From NCBI GenBank assembly GCA_020696365.1, contig JAEHCM010000006.1, positions 19,484 to 83,483 of the forward strand: 64,000 nt of DNA, in the 5' to 3' direction. The notes under the pieces are model-generated. The model was not told the DNA's origin. It made no database searches and worked only from the letters and a program-made list of their open reading frames with translations. Below, piece by piece: positions 10,257 through 20,074 of this stretch. Within the stretch, counting starts at the first letter, position 1; every line of letters starts with the position of its first letter. A program made the translations under genes and the position numbers. The stretch comes from Thermoplasmata archaeon. Its GTDB lineage: Archaea > Thermoplasmatota > Thermoplasmata > UBA10834.

Positions 10257-11366
10257 ATGGCCAAGGATATTATCAGCGTCAAGGATCTGCGAGTATGGTT
10301 TCAAGTGCGGAGAGGCTTCATCGAGAGCATCCTCTCAGAAGAGCAGAAGTATGTGAAAGCGGTCGACGGTGTCACCTTCACCATCAAAGAGAGGGAGATA
10401 TTCTGTCTTGTGGGCGAGTCAGGCTGCGGCAAGACTACCACGGGCAAGGCCATCCTGAGACTGGTTGAACCCACCGGTGGAGAGGTGGCGTACTTCGGGC
10501 CAGGCAAAGAGGACATGATGAAGGAGATGGTCGAAGTCGCCCTCGCCAAAGATGAGATCGATGAAGACAAGGCAGAGAGGATCATGGAGAGGGGCGGGAT
10601 TAACATACGTGCTCTGAGCAAGAAACGGATGAAGTCGATGAGGCAGAAGCTCCAGATCATATTCCAGGACCCCTACGAATCGCTCAACCCCAAACAGTCG
10701 ATCTATGACATCGTTGCCGAGCCGCTAGTTGTCAACTCTATCGGCGCAAACGAGGCTGAAAGGGAGGAGAGGGTCACGAAGGCACTGGACGACGCAGGAC
10801 TCAGGCCTCCCAAGAACTTCATGTGGAGGTATCCGCACGAAGTCTCCGGCGGTCAGAGACAGAGGGTAGGCGTCGCTGGTGCGCTGGTGCTCGACCCCGA
10901 CTTTCTCGTCGCGGACGAGCCAGTGTCCATGCTGGATGTCTCGATCAGGTCAGAGATTCTGAAGCTCATGCTCGACCTCAGGGAGAGCAAAGGCCTTTCC
11001 TTCCTGTTCATTACGCACGACCTCGGCGTCGCCTATGTTTTCAGTGATAGGGTGGCCGTCATGTACCTGGGCAAGATCGTCGAGATGGGCCCGACGGAGA
11101 AGGTGATTAAGAACCCGCAGCACCCGTACACGAAGGCGCTCATATCCGTCATCCCGACCCCTGATCCCAAGGACAGAGAAGAGAAGATCATCCTAGTGGG
11201 CGAGCGCCCCGACCCGTCTGATGTGCCACCAGGTTGCAGGTTCCACCCTAGATGTCCGTCCGTCATGGACATCTGCCGGTCGGAGGAGCCGAAATCCGTA
11301 TTCGTATCTCCGGGGCATTCGGTTTCCTGCCATCTGCTGATAATGCAGGGAGCTGGCAAGAGTTGA
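10257..11366 (+). CDS. Oligopeptide/dipeptide ABC transporter ATP-binding protein (DppF/OppF family)
   Basis: [39 protein letters not shown]; ATG at 10257. Confidence 0.92.
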   Translation: MAKDIISVKDLRVWFQVRRGFIESILSEEQKYVKAVDGVTFTIKEREIFCLVGESGCGKTTTGKAILRLVEPTGGEVAYFGPGKEDMMKEMVEVALAKDEIDEDKAERIMERGGINIRALSKKRMKSMRQKLQIIFQDPYESLNPKQSIYDIVAEPLVVNSIGANEAEREERVTKALDDAGLRPPKNFMWRYPHEVSGGQRQRVGVAGALVLDPDFLVADEPVSMLDVSIRSEILKLMLDLRESKGLSFLFITHDLGVAYVFSDRVAVMYLGKIVEMGPTEKVIKNPQHPYTKALISVIPTPDPKDREEKIILVGERPDPSDVPPGCRFHPRCPSVMDICRSEEPKSVFVSPGHSVSCHLLIMQGAGKS

Positions 11367-12457
11367 ATCGGCCCCGAGCGAGGGATGGGGGCGTCCGCTT
11401 CGGTGACGTACCGACAGGTCCAAGGAACACCATCACGGATGTCAAAGGTGTCAAGGTCGGACACTGCACGCTCAGGAAGGGCGATGGTAAGCTGGTCCCG
11501 GGAGAGGGGCCAGTGCGGACCGGGGTGACCGTCATCCTCCCCCACGGAGATGACCTCTACAGGAGACCGGTCAAGGGCACCTACTTCGCCCTCAATGGCT
11601 GTGGAGGACTCATGGGGGCGCTCCAGGTGGAGGAGTTCGGGGTGATTGACTCGCCTATCGGGTTGACGAACACGATGGGCATGGCGTCCGTTGCGGAGGG
11701 GCTTGTTAAGTACACCCTCGAGCGGAATCCACTGGCGGGGATCGAGCACGACACAGTGATCCCCGTGGTTTTAGAGTGTGACGATGCTCATCTGAACGAC
11801 ACCCGAGGGCTTCATGTGAGGCCTGAGCATGTCTTCGAGGCGATAGCAGCTGCGGGCGATGACGTCTCTGAAGGCGCCGTCGGGGCTGGAACTGGCATGG
11901 TCTGTTATGACTTCAAAGGAGGGATAGGGACATCCTCCAGGTTGGTTGAGGTGCAGGGCGAGAAGTACACCGTAGGCATAATCGTCCTCTCGAACCACGG
12001 AGAGCGCAAGGAACTGATCATAGATGGGGTACCTGTCGGGAAGCTGCTCAACTCTGTGGAGGATCCCCACAGGAAGGAGAACGGTTCGATAGTGACGGTG
12101 ATAGCCACTGACGCCCCGCTTGATGCACGCCAGCTCAGAAGGATTGCCAAGCGTGCAGGGATGGGACTCGCACTGACCGGATCGTGCGCCCGCAACGGCA
12201 GCGGGGACATCATGATAGCCTTCTCGACCGCCAACGTCCACGACCGATACGAAAAGGAGCGGTTCGTCCTCACGCACCATCTCCTCGTGGATAATGAGAT
12301 GAGCGCCTTCTTCAGGGCGACGGTTGACTGCACGGCCGAGGCGATCATAAACTCATTGTTCAAGGGGGAGACGGTCAAGGGGCGCGACGATAACATCGTC
12401 CCAGGGCTGCCGATCGATGAGACATTGCAGCTGTTGAAGGCTCGCGGATGCCTGTAA
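11363..12457 (+). CDS. P1/S58 family peptidase (DmpA-like L-aminopeptidase/D-esterase)
   Basis: NTITDVKGVKVGH, GAVGAGTGM, GSIVTVIATDAPL autoprocessing site, NGSGD; TTG start overlapping the upstream stop. Confidence 0.88.
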   Translation: MNRPRARDGGVRFGDVPTGPRNTITDVKGVKVGHCTLRKGDGKLVPGEGPVRTGVTVILPHGDDLYRRPVKGTYFALNGCGGLMGALQVEEFGVIDSPIGLTNTMGMASVAEGLVKYTLERNPLAGIEHDTVIPVVLECDDAHLNDTRGLHVRPEHVFEAIAAAGDDVSEGAVGAGTGMVCYDFKGGIGTSSRLVEVQGEKYTVGIIVLSNHGERKELIIDGVPVGKLLNSVEDPHRKENGSIVTVIATDAPLDARQLRRIAKRAGMGLALTGSCARNGSGDIMIAFSTANVHDRYEKERFVLTHHLLVDNEMSAFFRATVDCTAEAIINSLFKGETVKGRDDNIVPGLPIDETLQLLKARGCL

Positions 12458-12538
12458 CGGCTCAATCTGTCAGATATCTTTTTCAGCAACCAGTGCGATG
12501 CCTAATGCACGCGTCCAGCGAGGGAGACGAAACAACCC

Positions 12539-13753
12539 ATGTCAGGCGACAAGAAGGACGTCGGTGACAAGATCAGAAGAGCCGTCAGGAAGGGAGCGAT
12601 AGAAACGCTTGCGAGACGGCTCATTGCCATCCCGAGCCATTCTGGAGTGCCAACTAGGGAGAAGGAAGCCGCCGAGTTCCTGCATGAGTATCTGTCGGGC
12701 AACGGGGTCAGTTCGAAGCTCAGGAAGGTCGAGAAAGGCAGGCCGAATGTCATAGCGATCGTGAAGGGCACCACAGGTGGAGGTAAGAGCCTCATGTTGA
12801 ACGGCCATCTGGACACCGTGCCGGCGTATAAGATGGACATCCCACCCTTCACCCCCAAGGTGAAGGCAGGCAGATTGTACGGGCGAGGAGCACTCGACAT
12901 GAAGGGTGGCCTCGCCGCGATGGCATGTGCCCTCGTCGCCATCGAGAGATCGCGAGTTGAGCTCCAGTCGGACCTGGTACTCGCCGCGGTCGTTGGCGAG
13001 GAGGAGCGTAGCGAGGGAACCGAGGACATCGTGATGAAGGGCCCGAGGACGGACTTCGCAATCGTAGGCGAGCCGACGAACCTGGAGATTCAGCCGTCCC
13101 ATAGAGGTCTCGAATGGCTCGAGGTCCATGTATATGGAAAGGCCGCCCATGGAGGGCAGTCGGACAATGGAGTGAATGCGATCTCTATGGCCGCGAAGTT
13201 CATAGATGTGGTGGAATCTGAGCTCCTCCCCAAGCTTGGGAAGAAGACCAGCAAGCATACCCTTCCACCAACACTCAACCTCGGGGTCATCAAAGGAGGA
13301 CAGCAACCCAGTTCGGTCGCGGACCACTGCGTTTTGGGAATTGACCGACGGTGGATCCCGGAGGAATCGCTGGACCAGGTGTTCCAGGAGATATACGACG
13401 TCTTCGACACCGTGAAGAAGGACCACCCGAAGTTCAAGGCGAAGCTGAAGCGTGACCCGAGGAGCATGAAAACGATGACGCACGTGCCGAATGTCGTCCC
13501 CTCAGACCATGTTCTCGTGAAGTCCCTCGGTAGCTCTGTGAGGCAGGAGACAGGTAGACGAGCGAAGATCTCGACCTTCTGGGGTTGGACGGACGCTGCA
13601 TTGCTGACCCACTTCGCCAAGACCCCGACGGTCGTGTTCGGCCCTGGCGGAGCCGGTGCTCACGCGAAGACGGAATATGTCAAAGTGAGCGATCTGTCAG
13701 CATGTACGAATGTCTACATGGATGTGGCCACTAGACTTTGCCTGGTCGATTGA
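12539..13753 (+). CDS. M20 family metallopeptidase/deacylase (ArgE/DapE-like)
   Basis: LNGHLDTV, GRGALDMKGG, GEEE, GEPT, C-terminal AH. Confidence 0.9.
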   Translation: MSGDKKDVGDKIRRAVRKGAIETLARRLIAIPSHSGVPTREKEAAEFLHEYLSGNGVSSKLRKVEKGRPNVIAIVKGTTGGGKSLMLNGHLDTVPAYKMDIPPFTPKVKAGRLYGRGALDMKGGLAAMACALVAIERSRVELQSDLVLAAVVGEEERSEGTEDIVMKGPRTDFAIVGEPTNLEIQPSHRGLEWLEVHVYGKAAHGGQSDNGVNAISMAAKFIDVVESELLPKLGKKTSKHTLPPTLNLGVIKGGQQPSSVADHCVLGIDRRWIPEESLDQVFQEIYDVFDTVKKDHPKFKAKLKRDPRSMKTMTHVPNVVPSDHVLVKSLGSSVRQETGRRAKISTFWGWTDAALLTHFAKTPTVVFGPGGAGAHAKTEYVKVSDLSACTNVYMDVATRLCLVD

Positions 13754-13756
13754 AGT

Positions 13757-15385
13757 TCACGAGACAGCAGGCGGTTTTCTGAGGACCAGGCCCGCACGCT
13801 CCTTCAGGTGCTCGCCATTCTGAATCGTCAGTATCCCGTTCACGAACACCTCCGTGATACCCTCGGAATACTGATGCGCATCCGCGAAAGTCGCCCTGTC
13901 CCGTATCGTCAGAGGATCGAACACGACGACATCCGCCATCATACCTTCCTTTATAATTCCTCTGTCGGTGATTCCTAACCTTTGAGCTGGGGACGACGTC
14001 ATCTTCCGTATCATCTCCTCGATCGAGACGACATGCTTGTCGATGACATACCTCCGAATGGCCCGCGGGAACGTACCATACGCTCGGGGATGCTCCGCGA
14101 TGTCCGCCAACGGGCCATACGGAGCGCTCACCTCTCCATCAGATGCGATCGATGAGAGCGGGTGCTTGATCACCCTCACGACATCATCCTCAGACATCTC
14201 GTGGAAGAAGGCTGTGATGTCAAGTTCCTCGTCTATTAGGAGGTCGAAGACCGCGTCCGGTGCATCCTTTCCCATCTCACTCGCTATCTCGCTCACACGC
14301 CTATGGTTATAGGCTTTGTTCGCGGGCTTCTTGAAACCGATCACCTCGATGTCATCCCAGCAATTCTCACCGACGATGTTCTCCCAAGGCACATCGCGAT
14401 TGGTGAAATCCGCCCTGATCCTCGCCCTAGTCTCAGGATCGGCCAATCTGTCGAGGATGGCGCCGCTACCGCCATCCTGAACCCACGGTGGCAGGACAGC
14501 GAACAGATCAGTGCAAGAGGATGTGTAGGGATAGACATCGAACGCAACGTCGACGCCTTTCTTGCGGGCATCCTCGACCATGCGGATGCTTTCTACCACA
14601 AGTCCCCAGTTCGGCCTCCCCCCCGCTTTGTGATGTGATATCTGCACCCGGAGTCGCGCCTCCCGGCCAATGGTAATCGCCTCGTCCACTGACTTGAGGA
14701 GGGTGCTACCCTCTCCTCGTATGTGACTCGCGTATATGCCTCCCAGTGCTCCAGATGTCGAAGCGAGTGCGATGAGCTCCTCCGTAGTGGCATAGCATCC
14801 CGGTGCGTATATGAGCCCGGATGATAGGCCGAAGGCACCCTGCACGATTGATTCTGCGACCAGCTCCTTCATCTCTTCGAGCTGCGAGTCAGTAGGCGGT
14901 ACATCATCTGGACCGATCACGCCCGAACGCACAGTATCCGCCCCCACCAAAGTAGCCACGTTCACAGATGTCCTGAGGTTCTCAAGCCTCAGAAGGTACT
15001 CGTCCATCGTGACCCAATCCACTTGTACGCAATATCTCGTTGCGAAGTCAGCTGTCATCTCCCTCGCAAGGCCTATCAACGGCGCGGCAGACCCCCCGCA
15101 GTTCCCGACGACCTCCGTTGTCACGCCTTGCCTGATCTTGCTCTCCGCAAACGGGCAACCGAGCAACGAGATATCGGAGTGCGTGTGTATGTCGATGAAT
15201 CCTGGACATACGATACTTCCGGCGGCATCGATCGTCACGGCGCCCTTCGAGGTCCCGGGTTCATGGATTCCAGTGACCTTAGTTCCATCAAGCCCGACAT
15301 CCATCTTAACGGAGGGCGCTCCGGTCCCATCGACAAGCTTCCCTCCGACAATAAGGATCGCATGATCACTCGTCATGATGTCCAT
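13757..15385 (-). CDS. N-acyl-D-amino-acid deacylase (amidohydrolase family)
   Basis: PGFIDIHTHSD, GNCG, SHIR, SHHK, SDG, HPRAYGTFPR. Confidence 0.9.
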   Translation of the reverse strand: MDIMTSDHAILIVGGKLVDGTGAPSVKMDVGLDGTKVTGIHEPGTSKGAVTIDAAGSIVCPGFIDIHTHSDISLLGCPFAESKIRQGVTTEVVGNCGGSAAPLIGLAREMTADFATRYCVQVDWVTMDEYLLRLENLRTSVNVATLVGADTVRSGVIGPDDVPPTDSQLEEMKELVAESIVQGAFGLSSGLIYAPGCYATTEELIALASTSGALGGIYASHIRGEGSTLLKSVDEAITIGREARLRVQISHHKAGGRPNWGLVVESIRMVEDARKKGVDVAFDVYPYTSSCTDLFAVLPPWVQDGGSGAILDRLADPETRARIRADFTNRDVPWENIVGENCWDDIEVIGFKKPANKAYNHRRVSEIASEMGKDAPDAVFDLLIDEELDITAFFHEMSEDDVVRVIKHPLSSIASDGEVSAPYGPLADIAEHPRAYGTFPRAIRRYVIDKHVVSIEEMIRKMTSSPAQRLGITDRGIIKEGMMADVVVFDPLTIRDRATFADAHQYSEGITEVFVNGILTIQNGEHLKERAGLVLRKPPAVS

Positions 15386-15545
15386 TGAGTAGATTCTGCG
15401 TGGATTATATAACGGTTCTCAACGCTGGCCAAGTATTGTATCGTGAATCGGTTCTTCGAGTAGACAAATGAGGGTAGCCCTGAATCTCTTCAAGTACCAA
15501 GTCTACGGAAGCGACTTCGTGATGTCACTGTTCATCGGAGGGCCC

Positions 15546-16907
15546 TCAACCGGAGGACTTCATCTTTCTCAATACTTCCTCGCTCACCACGAGTGTTCTC
15601 TCGACGTCCTCGTCCGTGTGCTCGGTACAGGTATAGAATGGCTTGTCAGGGTGGAAGTGGATCCCTCTTGCGAGCAAACCGTAATCGAACTGCATGCGGA
15701 GCTTCGCGTCGAAGTGCATGCAGTCACGATAGCTACGCGGCACCTCGACTTCCTTAGCGAATATTATGTTGAAGGTCGACCCAGGGCCATACGCTATCGC
15801 GTCGAACCCCATCCGGTCGAACAGGTCGTTGAGTCCGTTCTCCAGCTTCGCGGTTATCCTGTTGAGGTACGGGTATGTCTCAGGCTCCTCCAGGACATCG
15901 ATGGTCGCCATGCCGGCGGCGAGAGCGGTCGGGTGGCCGTTGAACGTGCCTCCGTGGAAGACCCTATTGTTCTTGTCCCGAGTGAGAGGGTTGACGACGT
16001 CCATTATGTCTTCCCGCCCGAGGAACGCTCCTGCCGGAAAACCGCCGCCGATTATCTTCCCAAGGCACATCAGGTCCGGTGTAACTCCGTACATCGTCTG
16101 AGCTCCTCCGAGACGGTCCATCCTGAAACCCGACATGACCTCGTCGAATATGAGTATAATTTCGAGTTCCTCTGTCGTCTCACGAACGGCCTTTAGGAAC
16201 TCTGGCTCCGACTTGATGAACCCCCTCTGTACGGGCTCCATTATCACGGCAGCAAGGTCGTTCTTGTGCTCCCTGAGAAGTCTCACCGTGTCCTCGGCAT
16301 CATTGAACGGAAGCACCTGAGTGCTCTGGAGGGTATACTCTGATGTCCCTAGCGAGCACGCAACCGGTTGAGGGGATGTGTAGGGACCTGCGGTCTCCTC
16401 CGACGGCGTAAGGCTGACGAGAGCCTCATCGTAGCAGCCATGATAATGCCCCTCGAACTTGGCCACCCTGTTGCGGCCTTTGAATCCCCTGCACACGCGC
16501 AGGGCGTGGAGCGTAGCCTCAAGGCCGGAGTTCGTGTAACGGACGCGCTCAGCACATGGGAATATCCTGTTGAGCCGCTCGGCCATCAGGCTCTCGAATT
16601 CGTGAGGCGGGCCGAATATCGTCGTGCCGTCCCGGTCCAGCTGTTCCCTGACGGCCTTCATCACTCGGGGATGTCCGTGTCCCAGGATCATCGGCCCGAA
16701 GCAGAGCATGTAATCGATGTACTCGTTCCCGTCCAGGTCCCACAGGTGAGACCCTTTCGCCTTCTTAGCGAACACGGGATACGGATGGTAGAACTTCACG
16801 TTCCCCGTCACGCCTCCTGGGAGGTGCTCTTTCGCCCTCGCGAACCATTCAGCAGTCTTCTTGGTCTTGCTCCGGTATTCCCCGACGGGGTCGAAGGCAG
16901 CGTCCAT
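15546..16907 (-). CDS. Class III PLP aminotransferase, glutamate-1-semialdehyde aminomutase-like
   Basis: KFEGHYHG, FDEVMSGFR, LGKIIGGGFP, GTFNGHP; N-terminal motif PGGVTGNVK differs from the HemL PGGVNSPVR. Confidence 0.85.
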   Translation of the reverse strand: MDAAFDPVGEYRSKTKKTAEWFARAKEHLPGGVTGNVKFYHPYPVFAKKAKGSHLWDLDGNEYIDYMLCFGPMILGHGHPRVMKAVREQLDRDGTTIFGPPHEFESLMAERLNRIFPCAERVRYTNSGLEATLHALRVCRGFKGRNRVAKFEGHYHGCYDEALVSLTPSEETAGPYTSPQPVACSLGTSEYTLQSTQVLPFNDAEDTVRLLREHKNDLAAVIMEPVQRGFIKSEPEFLKAVRETTEELEIILIFDEVMSGFRMDRLGGAQTMYGVTPDLMCLGKIIGGGFPAGAFLGREDIMDVVNPLTRDKNNRVFHGGTFNGHPTALAAGMATIDVLEEPETYPYLNRITAKLENGLNDLFDRMGFDAIAYGPGSTFNIIFAKEVEVPRSYRDCMHFDAKLRMQFDYGLLARGIHFHPDKPFYTCTEHTDEDVERTLVVSEEVLRKMKSSG

Positions 16908-16913
16908 CTATCC

Positions 16914-17684
16914 TCACCTCAGGTAAATCTTATCGGGATCCAGGGCTCTCAGGGTGGTGACTTCCATCTCCGTTGGCGGAGGAGTCGTCACGAGCTCTTC
17001 GGCCACCTTGACATTCCAAGGGGTGTTCTCCTGGACCTGCTCGATGGTGACCCCTTCGTGCAGGGCTGTGACGGTCATTTCACCCGTCACCTCGTCGAAC
17101 TTGAATGTGCAGAGGTTGGTGATCACCGCATACGGCCCTCCACCCTGGAGCTTGAGCTTTCTCCAGCCCTCCTTGCCGTCGATGAACCCCGGGCTCGTGA
17201 GGAAATCGACCTTCTCAACGAACCTCCTCTTCTCGTGAGGCGTAATCACAATGATCTTCTTCACGTTCGACGCGATATCACAGGCACCCCCGCTCCCTGG
17301 AAGGCGTACCTTCGGGGTCTTGTACGTGCCTATGATAGTCGAGTTGATATTCCCGTACTTGTCTATCTGGGCGCCGCCTAGGAAACCCACATCGATCCTT
17401 CCGCCCTGGAGGTAGTAGGCGAACTGCTCATACATGGAGCAGACGCTCTTGGCACCGCTCACAAGGCAAGGGTCCCCTATCGAGAGCGGCATGCGACTCG
17501 GATTCGACCCGACCGCCCCTGACTCGTAGACCAGCAGCAAGTTGGGCGCCTGCAATTTCTTCGCTAGGTTCGCGGCAAGGTTGGGTATTCCCACTCCGAC
17601 CAACACAGACTCGCGGTCCTTCAGCTCCCTCGCGGCAACGATGACCATCAATTCACTCTGACTCACTTCTAACATCATGCTCAC
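16914..17684 (-). CDS. Family I CoA transferase beta subunit (GctB-like)
   Basis: VYESG with the catalytic Glu, GGAQIDKYGNINST, RLPGSGGA. Confidence 0.88.
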   Translation of the reverse strand: MSMMLEVSQSELMVIVAARELKDRESVLVGVGIPNLAANLAKKLQAPNLLLVYESGAVGSNPSRMPLSIGDPCLVSGAKSVCSMYEQFAYYLQGGRIDVGFLGGAQIDKYGNINSTIIGTYKTPKVRLPGSGGACDIASNVKKIIVITPHEKRRFVEKVDFLTSPGFIDGKEGWRKLKLQGGGPYAVITNLCTFKFDEVTGEMTVTALHEGVTIEQVQENTPWNVKVAEELVTTPPPTEMEVTTLRALDPDKIYLR

Positions 17685-17690
17685 CCCGCA

Positions 17691-18611
17691 TCACACGCTC
17701 CCGTAGTTCACAGGCGAGCTGTACGCCTCCTTGGGACGAAGGCCATCAACCTTCGACGGGGGGAGCTTACTGACGTATTCCGACCTGCTCTCCACTCCGT
17801 GTACCCACTCGTCGATGTACTTCATAGTGCTCTCGTGTTCCTTGGTGATCTCGTCCCACTTGACATAGAACTCGTTGTCCCGGTCGTAGTATCCCTGGAC
17901 GTAGGACGGATGCGCACACCAGGGCTCATGGACGACCGCATGGGATAAGAAATCGGGTACAAGAGTCCTGTTAGGGTCGGACCTTATCACCGACTCGTCC
18001 ACTATCTCCTCGGCGCTTATGATGACCTTCTTCGCGGCGAACGCCGCGTCCTTCTGCTCCCCAATGATCCCCCAGATGTGACAATTGCCGTTGACATCCG
18101 CCCTCTGCACATGCACTACGGCGACATCCGGTTTCAAAGGAGGTACGACAGAGACTTCGTCGCCAGAGTATGGGTCTTTGACGACCTTCATCAATGGATT
18201 CTGTGCGGGGAGGTCTGAGCCCAGGTTCGTCCGCATCGGAAGGAACGGCATGTTCGTGGCTCCCGCGAAGAGTCTTCCCGACAAGCCGAAGTGAGTATAC
18301 TCCTCGATCTCGAGCGGCTTCGGGATACCCTTCTCATGTGCCCTCCTGAAGCATCTCAACGACCCCACGCCGGGGTTTCCGGCGTAGCTGAAGATGAGTC
18401 TCTTCGCGCATCCGGCTGCTATCATCTGGTCGTATATTATGTCTGGGGTGGCCCTGGCCAGGACAAGATCCTTCTTCTTCTGTCTTATGACCTCATGACC
18501 CGCGGCGAACGGTATCATGTGCGTGAATCCTGCAAGGTAGACCGTGTCTCCGTCCTGCACGAATCGGGATACCGCCTCCTTCATCGTCATAGTCTTACTC
18601 GAATCCATCAA
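17691..18611 (-). CDS. Family I CoA transferase alpha subunit (GctA-like)
   Basis: GFTHMIPFAAGHE, HVQRADVNGN, GYYDRD. Confidence 0.88.
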   Translation of the reverse strand: MMDSSKTMTMKEAVSRFVQDGDTVYLAGFTHMIPFAAGHEVIRQKKKDLVLARATPDIIYDQMIAAGCAKRLIFSYAGNPGVGSLRCFRRAHEKGIPKPLEIEEYTHFGLSGRLFAGATNMPFLPMRTNLGSDLPAQNPLMKVVKDPYSGDEVSVVPPLKPDVAVVHVQRADVNGNCHIWGIIGEQKDAAFAAKKVIISAEEIVDESVIRSDPNRTLVPDFLSHAVVHEPWCAHPSYVQGYYDRDNEFYVKWDEITKEHESTMKYIDEWVHGVESRSEYVSKLPPSKVDGLRPKEAYSSPVNYGSV

Positions 18612-18612
18612 C

Positions 18613-19038
18613 TCACCTCGATAACTCCTCAGGGATGAACTTGAATCCGTACCTTATGACGCCTTCCTCGCTGTAGACCTTTCTCAGCTCGGTCGAGACG
18701 GGCATATCCATCTTGACGTCCTTGGGGTTGACATCGGCGATCTGACCGATGACCTTCGGCCCTTCCTCCAGTTCCACGATGGCGACGGGGTACATGCCTC
18801 CCGCCTTCTCCTGCTCGGCGAACTCTGGTGGAGCGCCTCCCGCCCCGATCAATACGAACGTGTGGACCTTGCCTTTGCCGCTCAGCTTGACCTCATCGAA
18901 CTCGAAGGAGGCATTGCAGTACTTGCACACACCCTTCGGGGGGAAGTTGACCGCGTCGCACTTCCTGCACCTCTGTCCGACCATTCTGTACCTCTGGGGT
19001 ATGGTTCTCCAGTACATCGGAACTGACACATGCGCCAT
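18613..19038 (-). CDS. DUF35 Zn-ribbon/OB-fold protein
   Basis: CRKC...CKYC, GKVHTF, IRYGFKF; start set at ATG 19038. Confidence 0.9.
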   Translation of the reverse strand: MAHVSVPMYWRTIPQRYRMVGQRCRKCDAVNFPPKGVCKYCNASFEFDEVKLSGKGKVHTFVLIGAGGAPPEFAEQEKAGGMYPVAIVELEEGPKVIGQIADVNPKDVKMDMPVSTELRKVYSEEGVIRYGFKFIPEELSR

Positions 19039-19048
19039 GCTCACCACC

Positions 19049-20074
19049 TCACTTGATAGCTCCCTTGAGTTTCAGATACTGGATATAGTCAATGTACTGC
19101 TTCCTATCAACCTCAGACCTGAGGCCTGGATCAGCCTTTCTCTCTCCGACGATCTTGAAGCTCATCGCGTCACTTGCGGCTCCTGAACCGTAGCTGATGA
19201 CGAGAATCCGGTCACCCATTTTTGCCGCGTCAAGGGCTGCTGCGAGCCCAACAAGAGTCGATGCCGCACCCAGGTCCCCGAGTTCTCCAGCTATCGAGCT
19301 ACTAGCTAGATGAGTGTCCGTGAACCCCAACTTCCGGGCTATCGCACGTGGCAATCGGGCATCTGGCTGTTGTATGACCACATGCGCGTAATCCTCCTGC
19401 TTGGTCCCTATCTTCTCCAGAAGGGAGCGCGCGGCTTTCACGGTGGCTCCGATGAACGATGACTGTGCGTACTTCTTCACGTTCAGGTCGCGTATCAACT
19501 CGTCATCTCGGGGCCTGAATCTCTCTCCGAAATGCTCACACACATACGTCGCATGCCCTTCGAACTCCGCAACAAGATCATCATGAGACAGCACGAACCC
19601 AGCAGCACCCGCCCCGAGCCCGTGCTCGAGCGAAGACCACATACTCGCCTTTGGTGCATCTGCTGCGGCCACCAGCGCACACCCTGACGGGTTCGCGAGA
19701 ACATGCTCCACCCCGGCCATAAGCGCCTCCGTGCCCGCCCTAGACGATGTGGTGTGGTCGGACACGAACGCTCCGTCAGGCATGCCTATGCTGCTCACAA
19801 TCGTGCCCGAAAGGACCTTCTCAACATACGGAGCAGATGTTGATGCTAGCGCGAACCTCGTCACCTTTCCCGGCTCCAAAGGAACCGACGCCAGCGCCCT
19901 CTTCGACACCTTCGACGCGAATGTAAGGATGTCCTCGTCGAAGCCCATCACGGCCTTCTCGCTCACACCCGACGCCTGGAACGACCCCCATGCCTTGGCG
20001 TACTCATCCTTCTTAATCCTCAGTCTCGGGACCGCGACGCCATATCCAGAGATACCTATCGACAGCTTAGTCAC
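19049..20074 (-). CDS. HMG-CoA synthase homologue with substituted catalytic residues (probable pseudoenzyme)
   Basis: HMGCS-like N-terminus and SYGSGAASDA are retained, but SES>STS, ACKAGT>SSRAGT, HQPN>QQPD and GNTYS>GDLGA. Confidence 0.8.
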   Translation of the reverse strand: MTKLSIGISGYGVAVPRLRIKKDEYAKAWGSFQASGVSEKAVMGFDEDILTFASKVSKRALASVPLEPGKVTRFALASTSAPYVEKVLSGTIVSSIGMPDGAFVSDHTTSSRAGTEALMAGVEHVLANPSGCALVAAADAPKASMWSSLEHGLGAGAAGFVLSHDDLVAEFEGHATYVCEHFGERFRPRDDELIRDLNVKKYAQSSFIGATVKAARSLLEKIGTKQEDYAHVVIQQPDARLPRAIARKLGFTDTHLASSSIAGELGDLGAASTLVGLAAALDAAKMGDRILVISYGSGAASDAMSFKIVGERKADPGLRSEVDRKQYIDYIQYLKLKGAIK

